NCBI GenBank assembly: GCA_021738565.1
Contig: JAIPBT010000002.1
Location: 7,774 to 71,773 of the forward strand
Length of the DNA stretch: 64,000 nt
From: Bacteroidales bacterium
Lineage (GTDB): Bacteria; Bacteroidota; Bacteroidia; Bacteroidales; GCA-2748055
Reading direction: 5' to 3'
Shown here piece by piece: positions 20,096 through 30,900 of the stretch (position 1 is the stretch's first letter; the number at the start of each line of letters is the position of its first letter). The translations under genes and the position numbers were made by a program. The notes beneath the pieces were generated by a model that had not been told where the DNA came from, made no database searches, and saw only the letters and a program-made list of their open reading frames with translations.

Positions 20096-23000
20096 TTGAC
20101 CAGTTGCAGGATTATAGCACTATTATTGATGCTGGGCATCATGCAGGGATTTTCAATAATTCATGCCCAGATCATACCGGATACAACTGAAATTTCAGGA
20201 ATAGTCAATGGCTATTCCCGTGTTTATGAATTCTATGAACGCAGGGAAGGCAGTGATGTGAATGCTGTGAAAGTTGAAGATACATCTGTTTTTGCACACG
20301 GGGATGTGGTTATGCTGTATGTTGCAAAGGGATGGCATATAGAAGATTCGATCAATGAAGTGGATAAATTGGAGCCCGGAGAAGCTTCATTCAGGGAACC
20401 ACATCCCAATGTCGGGGCATACTCAATCAACAAAGTGGACAGTATTCTCCTGAAAGACAATATTATTGTTTTTGTTGCTCCAACCCCATTCAGGGATTCA
20501 CTGCGCGGTGGCGAAATGGCCCAGCTGGTCAGGGTTCCGAGTTACAGGAATGCACATGTTACCGGAACTATACTTGGTCAGGATTGGTCAGCATCCACCG
20601 GTGAAGGAGGTGTGATCGCTCTCTATGTGGAGGGCAACCTGATCATGGATGCGGACATTGATGCCACTGGTATTGGATTCGAAGGAGGGGATCCTTCGGG
20701 AGATGAATATGAGGGAGGATGTTACCAGGACGATCCTGATTTGTATGATGGATATTTTTACAGGACAGATGATGATGACTTGGCGGGTTTGAAAGGAGAG
20801 GGATCATCGCATATGTCATTTAACGATTCATTGAGAGGAAGGGCCCCCGTTTTCAACGGTGGTGGCGGTGGTAATGCCAGGTTCTCAGGTGGTGGCGGGG
20901 GCAGTAATTTTAATCCGGGAGGACTGGGAGGAGGGCAAGCTGCGGATTGTGATTTAACATCTGCAACAAGTGGGCAGGGAGGAATCGGACTGGGAGATGA
21001 ATTCTACTACAATTATACCGATCCTCTGTTTACCCCGCTCGCAAACAGGATATATTTTGGTGGAGGAGGAGGTACAAGTACGCAGACCAGTGAATATCAA
21101 GCTACCGCCGGAGGTGATGGCGGTGGAATTGTAGTGATCATTGCGGACACCATTGAGGCGGACAATACGGTAGCAATAAACGCAAATGGTCAGAGTGTTA
21201 ACGATGTTGCACTGGCAGGTGCCGGCGGTGGTGGTGGCGGTGGAGCTATTGTTTTGGATGTTTCCTATTACAAAGGTGAAATATACCTCAAGGCCAGAGG
21301 AGGAAAAGGGGGGGGTACAAACAATTCATTCTACACAGGTCCAGGAGGAGGCGGTGGTGGTGGGATTTACTGGCTGAGCAGCGATTCTTCAAATTTATAT
21401 ATCGATATATCTGAAAGCAGCGGTGGCAGGTACCTGAGTGCACCGGGACAATCGCCGGGCCAAAACGGAACCGGCGCTGAAAAGGAATTGGGACTGGTTC
21501 CACCGCTGAATGGTTTCCTGTTCAATACGTTGCCCAACAACAGGACAGTCTGTACGGATGAAGTTCCTGATACACTATTTGCATCGACTCCAAAAGGAGG
21601 GGGAGGACCCGGAACATATGAATACCAGTGGCAATTCAAAAGTCCGGCTGTCACCCAGTGGGACAGCATCGCTGCAGACACCTTTATTTATTATGTCTTC
21701 AAAGATAAATTGACAGAGCCCGTAATGTTGAGAAGACTTGTTAGAAGTGAGGGTCTTGAGGAAGGCGGTGATGTTTCTATTACATATTCAATTACTGAAC
21801 AGCTGGAGGAAAATGTAATCGGTTCTCCGGATATTATTTGCTCGGGATTGACCGGTGAAGCGCTTATACAGGATGGTAATTATACATTGCAGGGAGCGGA
21901 TATGCCATCCGACACATCCTTCAGGTGGATAAGAAGTGTTGATGACGGTACCACGTGGGATACTGCTACCAATGTATTTGACAAAAAGGATTATGTTCCT
22001 TCAGGCATAACTAAATCTACCCTGTACAGCAGGATCGTATATTCCGGTGTATGTGATGATACAAGCAATGCGGTCCTGATAACCGTACTTCCCTCAATTA
22101 CAACAAATAAAATTGAAGATTCCGATACCATTTGCCTGGGGCAGACACCGGGCATTTTCACGGGAGATGATCCCGGAGGTGGAGACGGCAATTATACTTT
22201 TGCCTGGCAAGTCAGTGCTGACCTGTTCAACTGGGGTGATTCCCTTGTATCATCAACAAACCAGGATTTCAGCCTGTCGGAATACAACCAAACGCGTTAT
22301 ATCCGGAGGACAATTTATTCTGGGGAGGACAGCGCATGTGTCGATATCAGCGAATCGGATACCATTACGGTACTTGAACTCATTTCTGAAAATGAAATAT
22401 TGACAATTGGCGATACAATTACAATCTGTGAGGGATCCAACCTGCCAGGTGGTGGAATAGATGGAAAACAAGCTGAAGGAGGTGATGGCATGTATACCTA
22501 TAACTGGCAGGTCAGGACGAAAGGAACTTCATGGACTACAGTTTCCAATGTTGAACCAGGTACACTTTTTAATTTGAGCGAATTTACCGATACTTCCTAT
22601 ATCAGGAGGGAGGTCATTTCCGGAAATGATGATGTATGCCAGGATATAAGTGATACACTGGTAATAGGAATGGTTTGGAAAATCACTGCCAACCAGCTTA
22701 CTTCTGCTGATGCAGTTTATTGTCAAAGCGATGCCCTGGCTGAACTGACAGGTCAGACCGCTGAGGGAGGGTCAAACGGTATCGGAACCCTGTGGCAGCT
22801 GAAAACAGAATCCGGGGATTGGGAACCTGCACCGGGCAGCAATTCAGGCTGGAATTACTCATTTCCTGATCTGCTGGATGAGACACTTTATTTCAGAAGG
22901 ATGGTTTGGTCGGAACCGACCGACAGCGTTTGCATTGACTTTGGTGATTCTGTTAAGATAACCGTGCAGCCAGAAATCCAGAACAACGATATAGTATCGA

Positions 23001-24538
23001 TCAATGATAACATACTCGCGGATGACCTTGATTCTATATGCTCCGGGCTGGATCTTTACCTGATGGGGTCAGATGGATTCACACTGAACGGTGGTGATGG
23101 GGTGAATTACAGTTTTTTGTGGGAAGAAAGCAGTGATGAGAATTTTTCATTGATCGACAGTACAGGCCTGGATTCCGGATATACCAAACGCAATTTCAGG
23201 GAGTCCAGGTATTTCAGAAGAACTGCTTTTTCAGGTGAATGTGAAGATACCACCTATCTGCTGGTTCGTACTATTCAGCTTCCGACAGGTAGGTTGGATT
23301 ATGCAGGGGACCAGGCTGCTGAGATCTGTGCATCCGATGAGACCCCCGTTTCATTGATCATTGATCCCGAACTGGATCCGCTGGCGAAAAGCTATACTGC
23401 TTATGTAAGCTACATCGCCGAGCAACATTCAGGATCAGATAGCTTTAATTTCAACAGTCAGCAGGATCCGGGTGATATTGATTTTACCGCGGAGACAGAT
23501 TCCGTGGAAACATATATTTATATACTCGACAGCATCATCGATGACAGGAACTGTGTGTCGAAAGTACTCGACGCCAATGAGCCTGCGATCAAAGTATATT
23601 TTTCTCCTGAAGCATCCATTACAGCGGGCGACACGGCTGTCTGCGGGCCGAATGTAAGTCTGTCAGCAACCAACAAGGGCGGGGTCATCCTAAGCTGGCT
23701 GGTTAAATCAGATCAGCTTGAGGGTTCTGATGTTCCGGTTTACCTCGAGGTAAATGGATTGACAGCAGAAGCTTCTGTCAATGAATGGTACAATGATACA
23801 GCCATTATCAATTACGGCTTCAAGATAGAAACAAGCGGATCCCTTGGTTTAACCTGCGCTGATTCATCATTTGTCACGGTAAGGCATTATCAGCCACCAA
23901 AAGTACCTCCGTATTTCATGAGAACTGATATCAATGAGCAGGGAGACAGTGTTTCCATTGATTCAGTATATTTTGCAAACACCTATCCCATGATCATTGA
24001 TTTTCCGTCCCCCTCAGGTAAAGGTGAGTGGAGTGTTCCGGAGGATTCTTATGGGGAGCTGGGTGAAGATCCGGAAGATCCGGGTATGATCGCCCGGCTC
24101 GGGAATAAACTGGACGTGGATAACTTGTATACCTGGACTGTTTACAACGGTAGCTGTGAACCAAGATCAGATGACATCATTGTCAGGAGGAAGGATGTTC
24201 AGATATATGAAGGCATCTCCCCAAATAACGATGGGTATAATGACGTGCTGGCGATGAGAGGAATAAAGCATGCAGAGAAAATTAGTTTCACCGTCTTCAA
24301 TAGTTGGGGAACTCCAATTTACAGGATGACAGAAACGGATGAAGAACAATTTGTATCGCTGATCCCGAGTGACGATGGATCGGAACAACTCAGGGTATTG
24401 TGGGATGGTAAAGTTAACGGTGTGGTTGTTCCGGACGGGACCTATTACTATAACATAAGTTTCTCCATCAATGTTGGGACACCCAGGGAAAGAAGTTATA
24501 CAAAGAAAAGTTACCTGGTAATCAGTACTCAGGATTAA
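20096..24538 (+). CDS. T9SS-secreted giant surface protein (glycine-rich domain, Cys-anchored repeats, type-B C-terminal sorting domain)
   Basis: 1480 aa. The TTG start yields signal peptide MTSCRIIALLLMLGIMQGFSIIHAQ. Poly-Gly tracts alternate with short hydrophobic strands (aa ~255-425). Six ~95-aa repeats each contain a Cys and a Y.W(Q/E) motif (aa ~480-1040). The C-terminus (…YEGISPNNDGYNDVLAMRG…FNSWGTPIY…PDGTYYY…) matches the gliding-motility/T9SS type-B CTD. Confidence 0.85.
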   Translation: MTSCRIIALLLMLGIMQGFSIIHAQIIPDTTEISGIVNGYSRVYEFYERREGSDVNAVKVEDTSVFAHGDVVMLYVAKGWHIEDSINEVDKLEPGEASFREPHPNVGAYSINKVDSILLKDNIIVFVAPTPFRDSLRGGEMAQLVRVPSYRNAHVTGTILGQDWSASTGEGGVIALYVEGNLIMDADIDATGIGFEGGDPSGDEYEGGCYQDDPDLYDGYFYRTDDDDLAGLKGEGSSHMSFNDSLRGRAPVFNGGGGGNARFSGGGGGSNFNPGGLGGGQAADCDLTSATSGQGGIGLGDEFYYNYTDPLFTPLANRIYFGGGGGTSTQTSEYQATAGGDGGGIVVIIADTIEADNTVAINANGQSVNDVALAGAGGGGGGGAIVLDVSYYKGEIYLKARGGKGGGTNNSFYTGPGGGGGGGIYWLSSDSSNLYIDISESSGGRYLSAPGQSPGQNGTGAEKELGLVPPLNGFLFNTLPNNRTVCTDEVPDTLFASTPKGGGGPGTYEYQWQFKSPAVTQWDSIAADTFIYYVFKDKLTEPVMLRRLVRSEGLEEGGDVSITYSITEQLEENVIGSPDIICSGLTGEALIQDGNYTLQGADMPSDTSFRWIRSVDDGTTWDTATNVFDKKDYVPSGITKSTLYSRIVYSGVCDDTSNAVLITVLPSITTNKIEDSDTICLGQTPGIFTGDDPGGGDGNYTFAWQVSADLFNWGDSLVSSTNQDFSLSEYNQTRYIRRTIYSGEDSACVDISESDTITVLELISENEILTIGDTITICEGSNLPGGGIDGKQAEGGDGMYTYNWQVRTKGTSWTTVSNVEPGTLFNLSEFTDTSYIRREVISGNDDVCQDISDTLVIGMVWKITANQLTSADAVYCQSDALAELTGQTAEGGSNGIGTLWQLKTESGDWEPAPGSNSGWNYSFPDLLDETLYFRRMVWSEPTDSVCIDFGDSVKITVQPEIQNNDIVSINDNILADDLDSICSGLDLYLMGSDGFTLNGGDGVNYSFLWEESSDENFSLIDSTGLDSGYTKRNFRESRYFRRTAFSGECEDTTYLLVRTIQLPTGRLDYAGDQAAEICASDETPVSLIIDPELDPLAKSYTAYVSYIAEQHSGSDSFNFNSQQDPGDIDFTAETDSVETYIYILDSIIDDRNCVSKVLDANEPAIKVYFSPEASITAGDTAVCGPNVSLSATNKGGVILSWLVKSDQLEGSDVPVYLEVNGLTAEASVNEWYNDTAIINYGFKIETSGSLGLTCADSSFVTVRHYQPPKVPPYFMRTDINEQGDSVSIDSVYFANTYPMIIDFPSPSGKGEWSVPEDSYGELGEDPEDPGMIARLGNKLDVDNLYTWTVYNGSCEPRSDDIIVRRKDVQIYEGISPNNDGYNDVLAMRGIKHAEKISFTVFNSWGTPIYRMTETDEEQFVSLIPSDDGSEQLRVLWDGKVNGVVVPDGTYYYNISFSINVGTPRERSYTKKSYLVISTQD

Positions 24539-24540
24539 GA

Positions 24541-25476
24541 ATGAGAAAGTACCTGTCTATATTATTCATATTGTTTGCTGCAGGCTTGGCGGCGCAGGAC
24601 CTTGATCTTCCTGACCTGAGTAATTACCAGCACAACTGGGTGATCTATAATCCGGCTTTCTCCGGATCAAGGGAGGTATCCAGTACAAGCGTTTTCTACA
24701 GACAGATAGATTTCAACATCCCTGCACCGATTTACGGACAGGTATCGTGGCACAGTCCGATGAAAAACAGTAAAGTGGCTCTGGGAGTTTCTTATTTCAA
24801 CGAATCTAATCCCGGAGATCTCTTTAACGGCGCATCTTCAAGGAGCAGGCAGACAAAAGATAATCTCTATTTCAACTATGCATTCAGGATCAGAGTGGGT
24901 AGCGGACGACTTGCTTTCGGGATCACTGGTGGAGCTACGGCATATTCCTATTCATTAAAGCCAACCCTGCTGCATCCGGGTGACGATTTCTTAACAAGGG
25001 AGGGATTCGAGATTATACCAAATGTGGGTGCCGGTATTTTGTATTACAATGAGAATTATTTCTTCGGGATATCCATACCCAAGTTCTTAAGCAAGGGGGA
25101 GAGCCTGCAGGAGATAACCCACGATTTTAAGGCATATACAGGTGTTTTAACTGCAGGCTATGAGATATTTGTGCATGAGAATATTGTTATTAATCCAACG
25201 GCACTGCTGCTATACAAACTCAACCAGCCACTGAATATTCAGGGTGGGGTTAATTTCGGGTTATTCAGGGAAAGGATCTGGCTGGGAGCAGTTTATAAAC
25301 GGCCCGATTTTGTGTCCGCATTGTTTAATATTGAACTGACGCCGCAAATAATGCTTGGATATGCTTTTTCATTTTCGGTAAACAGTACGAGTAACTATTA
25401 TGATAAAACCCATGAGATCATTTTAAGACACGAATTGCGAAGGACCATTTCATCCAACATCCCATTTTATTATTAA
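24541..25476 (+). CDS. PorP/SprF-family T9SS membrane protein
   Basis: 311 aa. Signal peptide then …LSNYQHNWVIYNPAFSG…, the N-terminal hallmark of PorP/SprF beta-barrels. The start is 2 nt after the cargo gene stop. Confidence 0.85.
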   Translation: MRKYLSILFILFAAGLAAQDLDLPDLSNYQHNWVIYNPAFSGSREVSSTSVFYRQIDFNIPAPIYGQVSWHSPMKNSKVALGVSYFNESNPGDLFNGASSRSRQTKDNLYFNYAFRIRVGSGRLAFGITGGATAYSYSLKPTLLHPGDDFLTREGFEIIPNVGAGILYYNENYFFGISIPKFLSKGESLQEITHDFKAYTGVLTAGYEIFVHENIVINPTALLLYKLNQPLNIQGGVNFGLFRERIWLGAVYKRPDFVSALFNIELTPQIMLGYAFSFSVNSTSNYYDKTHEIILRHELRRTISSNIPFYY

Positions 25477-25478
25477 AA

Positions 25479-26912
25479 TTGAAGAGAATTGTTTCCATAC
25501 TGCTTTTTATCCTGCTGTCGCTGAAGGTTTCAGTTGCTCAGAAATTTTACATTATTGACAGACTGAATTTTTCCACAAGGGCTTACTGGGAACTTGCAGC
25601 TGTTGAATATGACCAGGGACTTGTTTTCCTTTCCAACAGGTCCACCTCTGCATTTATTGATTACAGCGACCAGAACAACCAGGATTTCAGCAACATATAT
25701 TATGCCAAAAGAATAGATGAAGACGATTATGAATCGCCGGTGATACTTTCAGACAAATTCGTGACCAGGTACCACGACGGACCTGCGGCTTTTGCAAAGA
25801 ATGGACAAATGGTTTGTATATCAAGGGCCTATGTTGTGGAGCTGGGAGAAGGGATCAGGCGAAACAATCCGAACGGCGGTCTCTATTTTTCTGAAAAGAA
25901 TGAAGAAGGGGAGTGGAGTGATCCGGAGCCATTTGAGCACAACAATACCAGGTACATCTACTATACGCCCTACCTGACACCTGATGGGATGAACCTGTAT
26001 TTCGCTGCAAACCTGGATGATTCTTACGGGGGATTTGATTTATACATATCAAGGTGGGACAGGAACCGCTGGACAGAACCCGAAAACCTTGGAAACAAGG
26101 TCAATACTTCCCAGGATGACCTTTATCCTTACCTGCATTCCAGTGGCAGGTTATATTTCAGCAGCAAAGGTCATGATGCCTTTGGTGGTGCAGATATCTT
26201 TTATTGCAACAATATAAACAATGAGTGGACGGATGCCGTTAAGCTTTCCTCTCCCATAAATTCAGGTTCAGATGATTATTCGCTGATCATCTCAGATGAT
26301 TTCAGTGAAGGATATTTTACCTCAAAAAGAGTGGGGGGAACCCCCGACATTTACAGGTTCTATTCGTCGTTTCCTACTTTCGATTACCCGCGTCCGATCA
26401 GACGTGTGTCTTTCTGTTACAGGTTATATGAGAATTCCATGGATACGATTGATTACACAATCTTTGATTACGAATGGGTGATCAACGACACATTGAAAAT
26501 ACCCGGTCATGATATAAAATATTGTTTCCCGGGACCAGGAGATTACTTTATCAATTTCAACGTAACGAACAAAGTGACTGACACGGTTATGTATGGCGTT
26601 GCCAGCCTCAGACTTCCCCTTGACTATGTTCATCAACCGGTGATAGACTGTCCGGATACCGTCAGGGTAAATGAACAGGTTAACTTCAGTGCAGAAGAGA
26701 CGTATTTGCCTGAAATAAATATAGATGGATATTACTGGGATTTTGATGACGGAATGAAGGAGGAAGGTGTGAATGTTAGACATTATTACGTTGATCCCGG
26801 CAGGTACAAAGTAGTACTCGGTATAGTGGAAAGAGTGAGGAGTCGAAGGTTTGAACCTGAAAAGTATGCTGTGTATAAAGATGTAGTAGTACTTCCGGAA
26901 AATGGGTTGTAA
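25479..26912 (+). CDS. secreted PD40/TolB-like beta-propeller protein with two PKD-like modules
   Basis: 477 aa. TTG start 2 nt after the porP/sprF stop, with a signal peptide. Repeated blades (…DDLYPYLHSSGRLYFSSKGHDAFGGADIFY…, …GMNLYFAANLDDSYGGFDLYISRW…). C-terminal PKD-like units (YEWVINDT…, YYWDFDDGM…RHYYVDPGRYKVVL). I could not see an OmpA-type peptidoglycan-binding domain. Confidence 0.7.
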   Translation: MKRIVSILLFILLSLKVSVAQKFYIIDRLNFSTRAYWELAAVEYDQGLVFLSNRSTSAFIDYSDQNNQDFSNIYYAKRIDEDDYESPVILSDKFVTRYHDGPAAFAKNGQMVCISRAYVVELGEGIRRNNPNGGLYFSEKNEEGEWSDPEPFEHNNTRYIYYTPYLTPDGMNLYFAANLDDSYGGFDLYISRWDRNRWTEPENLGNKVNTSQDDLYPYLHSSGRLYFSSKGHDAFGGADIFYCNNINNEWTDAVKLSSPINSGSDDYSLIISDDFSEGYFTSKRVGGTPDIYRFYSSFPTFDYPRPIRRVSFCYRLYENSMDTIDYTIFDYEWVINDTLKIPGHDIKYCFPGPGDYFINFNVTNKVTDTVMYGVASLRLPLDYVHQPVIDCPDTVRVNEQVNFSAEETYLPEINIDGYYWDFDDGMKEEGVNVRHYYVDPGRYKVVLGIVERVRSRRFEPEKYAVYKDVVVLPENGL

Positions 26913-26978
26913 AATATTCTGTAATTTTGTTTTGCACGAATTTTGTATATTTTTATGAAATTGTGTAAAAAGGTTGAT

Positions 26979-27968
26979 ATGAAGAGGATTATATTATTGG
27001 GTATTGTCATTTTGCTGGGTATTTCAGCAGGAGCCCAACCAGTCCCAAATAAGGAAGAGAACATTCCTCACCTAATGACATTTGGAAAAGAAGCTGGCAT
27101 CAGTTGGGGTGATGATGATTTTTCACAGGCATTTTTCTTTTTAATCCCAAAGGATTTTACGCAGCAGATATTTATAAGGGTATTTGATCCCGATACAGGT
27201 GGTGAAATCGATGAGATTCGTGGTTTCTGGAACACTCAGTGCAGTTATGAAGTTTTTGGAGGCGAAGGCTGTCATTCTGAAGTTGATGCCAGGGAAACCA
27301 GGCCGTTTGGAAATTACAAAAGTGGAACGCTTTTATCAATGAAAGTTTTTGGAGAGAATCCCAGGTACGATAATAACTGGTATACTTTTGGTCCATACAG
27401 TCCTGAAGAAGGGGAATTTGAGCCGATGTTCGATGGCTATATATTTAAAATTATATGTGAAGGAATTGCAGGGGATGATGGCAACATGTACAACTATTAC
27501 CTGAGCACGAGTGCCAATGAAAACATACCCATTGAAGGCTCCAATGCTTTTGCCTACGAATATTCTTTCAGAATGCACAATGACCCCAATGAGGTTTCGC
27601 ATATTTATCCTTACATTACAGAAGGCACAATAACGGTACAGATCCAAAATTTTGACTGGGATTTTGACGGGGAAATACTTATCGTTTCCAGGGAACGGGA
27701 TGGTGCACGTGTTCCGGTTTCAGGCGATGCAGATGATGATGGTGGAGAGGAAAACTGGGTGACTGCTGAGATGAAGGTAGAAGAAGGGGAGATCAATAGC
27801 TCGTATGATCTTCAATTTGCAAAGTCAAGAAATCCGCTTGTCAGGAACAACAATGTTGTTATCAACATTCGCAACCAGTATGATGAAACGATGCCATTTT
27901 ACACCAGTCCTATCGGTGGTGTGCCAAAATATAAATATTCCGTGATCGCCGAACCAATTGATCCATAA
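26979..27968 (+). CDS. secreted hypothetical protein (acidic, beta-rich)
   Basis: The ORF-track start is TTG at 26943. The ATG at 26979 gives a clean signal peptide MKRIILLGIVILLGISAGAQ. Contains an acidic patch DADDDGGEENW. No recognisable domain. Confidence 0.5.
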   Translation: MKRIILLGIVILLGISAGAQPVPNKEENIPHLMTFGKEAGISWGDDDFSQAFFFLIPKDFTQQIFIRVFDPDTGGEIDEIRGFWNTQCSYEVFGGEGCHSEVDARETRPFGNYKSGTLLSMKVFGENPRYDNNWYTFGPYSPEEGEFEPMFDGYIFKIICEGIAGDDGNMYNYYLSTSANENIPIEGSNAFAYEYSFRMHNDPNEVSHIYPYITEGTITVQIQNFDWDFDGEILIVSRERDGARVPVSGDADDDGGEENWVTAEMKVEEGEINSSYDLQFAKSRNPLVRNNNVVINIRNQYDETMPFYTSPIGGVPKYKYSVIAEPIDP

Positions 27969-27983
27969 TACAAGAACCAGTTG

Positions 27984-30900
27984 ATGAAAATTAAGCTATC
28001 CTTTCTTCTTATATTAATAGTCTTCGCACATATACTTAATGGGCAGTCCTACCAGATCATGCGTTACGGGATCAAGGATGGACTTTGCCATGAATCCACA
28101 AATTCTGTCATACAGGATTCAAACGGGTATTTGTGGATATCCACGACACAGGGATTGTGCAGACTTGACGGAAAAAATTTTGATTCACAATTCCTCGGGG
28201 ACACACTACCGACTTCCATTGCTTCAACGAGTTTTATTGACAGTAAAAACAGGTTGTGGTTCGGCTACAAGGATGGTGAAATAGTCATGTACGACGGATC
28301 CCGTTTCGAGGTTATTAACCTGCAGGAGGGATCGTCATCAATTATTGGTTTTGCCGAAGACGATGGAGGAAATATCCTTGCCATGACGCAGCAGAGCGGA
28401 TTGGTTATTATCAATGAGAAGTTCAAAACAGATTTTCATACCCAGGCTTTTTCCGGATTGTTTGCGTCTCATTTTCACCTGGCAAGAGATGGGAACCTGC
28501 TTATTGGAGGATTTAACGGGATCACGCTTTTTACAAAAAATGATACAGGATCTTATACCAACGCGGGCAGGCTTACTGATATTCCATACGTACAGGTATT
28601 TGATATCATTGACGGATCAATTGACAATCTGTATTATGTAGGGACTGATGAAGATGGATTGTACGCACTGTCAGGATCCGGAAATGATCCTGCCGCATAC
28701 AGTGCTTCAAAGCTAGGTGTTGACCAGGGGCTTCAATACGGGATCATTAAATCCTTGATGCTTGATGACAATGGTTACCTGTGGGTAAGTGATTTTGGAG
28801 TTGGGGTATACAGGTTTAAACTGAATGAACCGTTTGAATTATCGGAAGGAAGGTTATTTTCTGTCTCCGGTGGATTGCCCGAGGAGTATATTGAAAATAT
28901 TTATAAGGATGACGAGGGAAATATCTGGTTTGCATCAAACAGCAATGGTATTGCAGTTCTCAGGGACCAGGCATTCACTTTTTTTGATTTGATCAACGGA
29001 GATCTTGATGTTCCCGAAATATCCGCTATATGTATGGAAGGAGATTATTACTGGTTTGGATCCAGCAGCGGTGAGCTTTACCTGGCAGGTCCCGTTACCA
29101 GCGGAGGATTCAAAAAATATACTTCCTCAAACGGGTTGACTGGAGAAAGTATTACTGCGTTGTGGCAGGATGAGAACTATGATCTTTATATCGGGACTTT
29201 AACATCGGGTGTCTTTAGAATGGAAAGATCGGGTGCGTTCGCAAGGAATTTCTTCACTGCAGATAATTCATTGGGAAATTCCGTGAATGCGATTGACGGT
29301 GATAAACAATTCATCTGGATCGCCACCAACGGTGGATTATACAAAATTGATAAGAGTACAGGTGAAGTAGAGATTCAAAACACCTCTACCGGTTTGCCTC
29401 ACAATGTGATCAATGATGTTTTGGTCGACAGGGATGGCCATACCTGGATCGCCACCAAAGGAAGCGGAATATATTGTGTAAATGATGATGATCCGGCCCT
29501 TGATATAATTATTCAGGGCAACCCAAAACTTGAATTCGGTTGCCTTACAGAAGATAACAAAGGCCAGATATGGGCCGGCAGCAGTGAGGACGGAGTATTT
29601 AAATTTACCGAGGATTCACTTAAGGTTTATTCCACAGAACAGGGGTTGAAATCAAAATATACCTATGCAATTGATATTGATTCAAAGGGATTTGTCTGGG
29701 TTGGACACAGGCTTGGTTTGAGCAAGATAAATCCGAAAACAGGTAATGTTGCCATATTTGATCAGGAGATGGGGTTTACTTCAGATGTTCTGCACCGGTC
29801 TATAGAATCAAATAAAGAAGGGTTGACACTTTTTGGGACGAACAATGGTTTGATCGTGTACGATGCAAATCAATCAAGACCCGATACCGTACCGCCCCGG
29901 CTGAACATTTCCCAGTTGAATATTTCTGATTCCATTTATGATGTTTCAGGTGATATCAGTTTGCCTTATGGTATCTATAAACTCAGAATAGATTATGTGG
30001 GGATCAACCTGAGCAATCCTGATCAGGTCCTTTACAGGTATAAACTTGACGGATTTGACGAATGGTCTGAACCGACCAGGGAAACCTTTGCAAAATACAG
30101 CAGGATAGAGGACGGCGACTATACATTTATGCTTTCGGCATGTGATGGAAACGGCAATTGCACCGGTGAGGTCGCGATGTTTAATATTTCGGTTAAGATC
30201 CCGATATGGAAAGCATGGTGGTTTATTGTGAGCCTTGTAGTTATTGCAATTGCATCGGTATTCCTCATTATCAAGATCAGGGAAAGAAACCAGAAAGCAC
30301 TGCAGGAATACCTTGAGCAACAGCTTGAGGAACGTACAAGGGAAGTAATACAACAGAAAGAGGAGATCGAGATAAAAAACAGGGACATTACCGATAGTAT
30401 CAATTATGCCCAAAGGATCCAGGCAAGTATTTTACCCCCCCTGCAGAGACTCAGGACTGCATTCCCGGAATCATTTGTTTTTTATCAGCCCAGGGACATT
30501 GTGAGTGGAGATTTTTACTGGTATGATAAACTGGACGAAGAGAGGTTCCTGATTGTTTGTGCCGACTCAACGGGCCATGGTGTTCCGGGTGCATTTATGT
30601 CGATGATCGGTACAACATTGATCAAGGATATTTGTCAACGGCCGGGAGTTATCACCCCCAGTGATGTTTTGCGCACACTTGATCGTGAGGTCAGGTCGGC
30701 ACTTCATCAGAATAAGGAGAGCGATGGTTCCAATGACGGAATGGATATAATTGTCGCAGAGATTAATATGAAGACAAATAAGCTTACAGTAAGCTCTGCG
30801 ATGCGGCCCGTTGTATTGTATCTGAACGAAGAACAGATATATGTAAAGGGCAGCCGCAGTTCTGTTGGCGGACAACTTGATGACACAAATTTGGATAAGG

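Noticed and set aside
20858-21365. GGT/GGC/GGA codon runs in the adhesin gene as slipped-strand phase-variation tracts
   Set aside because: The glycine codons are mixed and are not perfect mono- or trinucleotide repeats. There is no frame-disrupting homopolymer.
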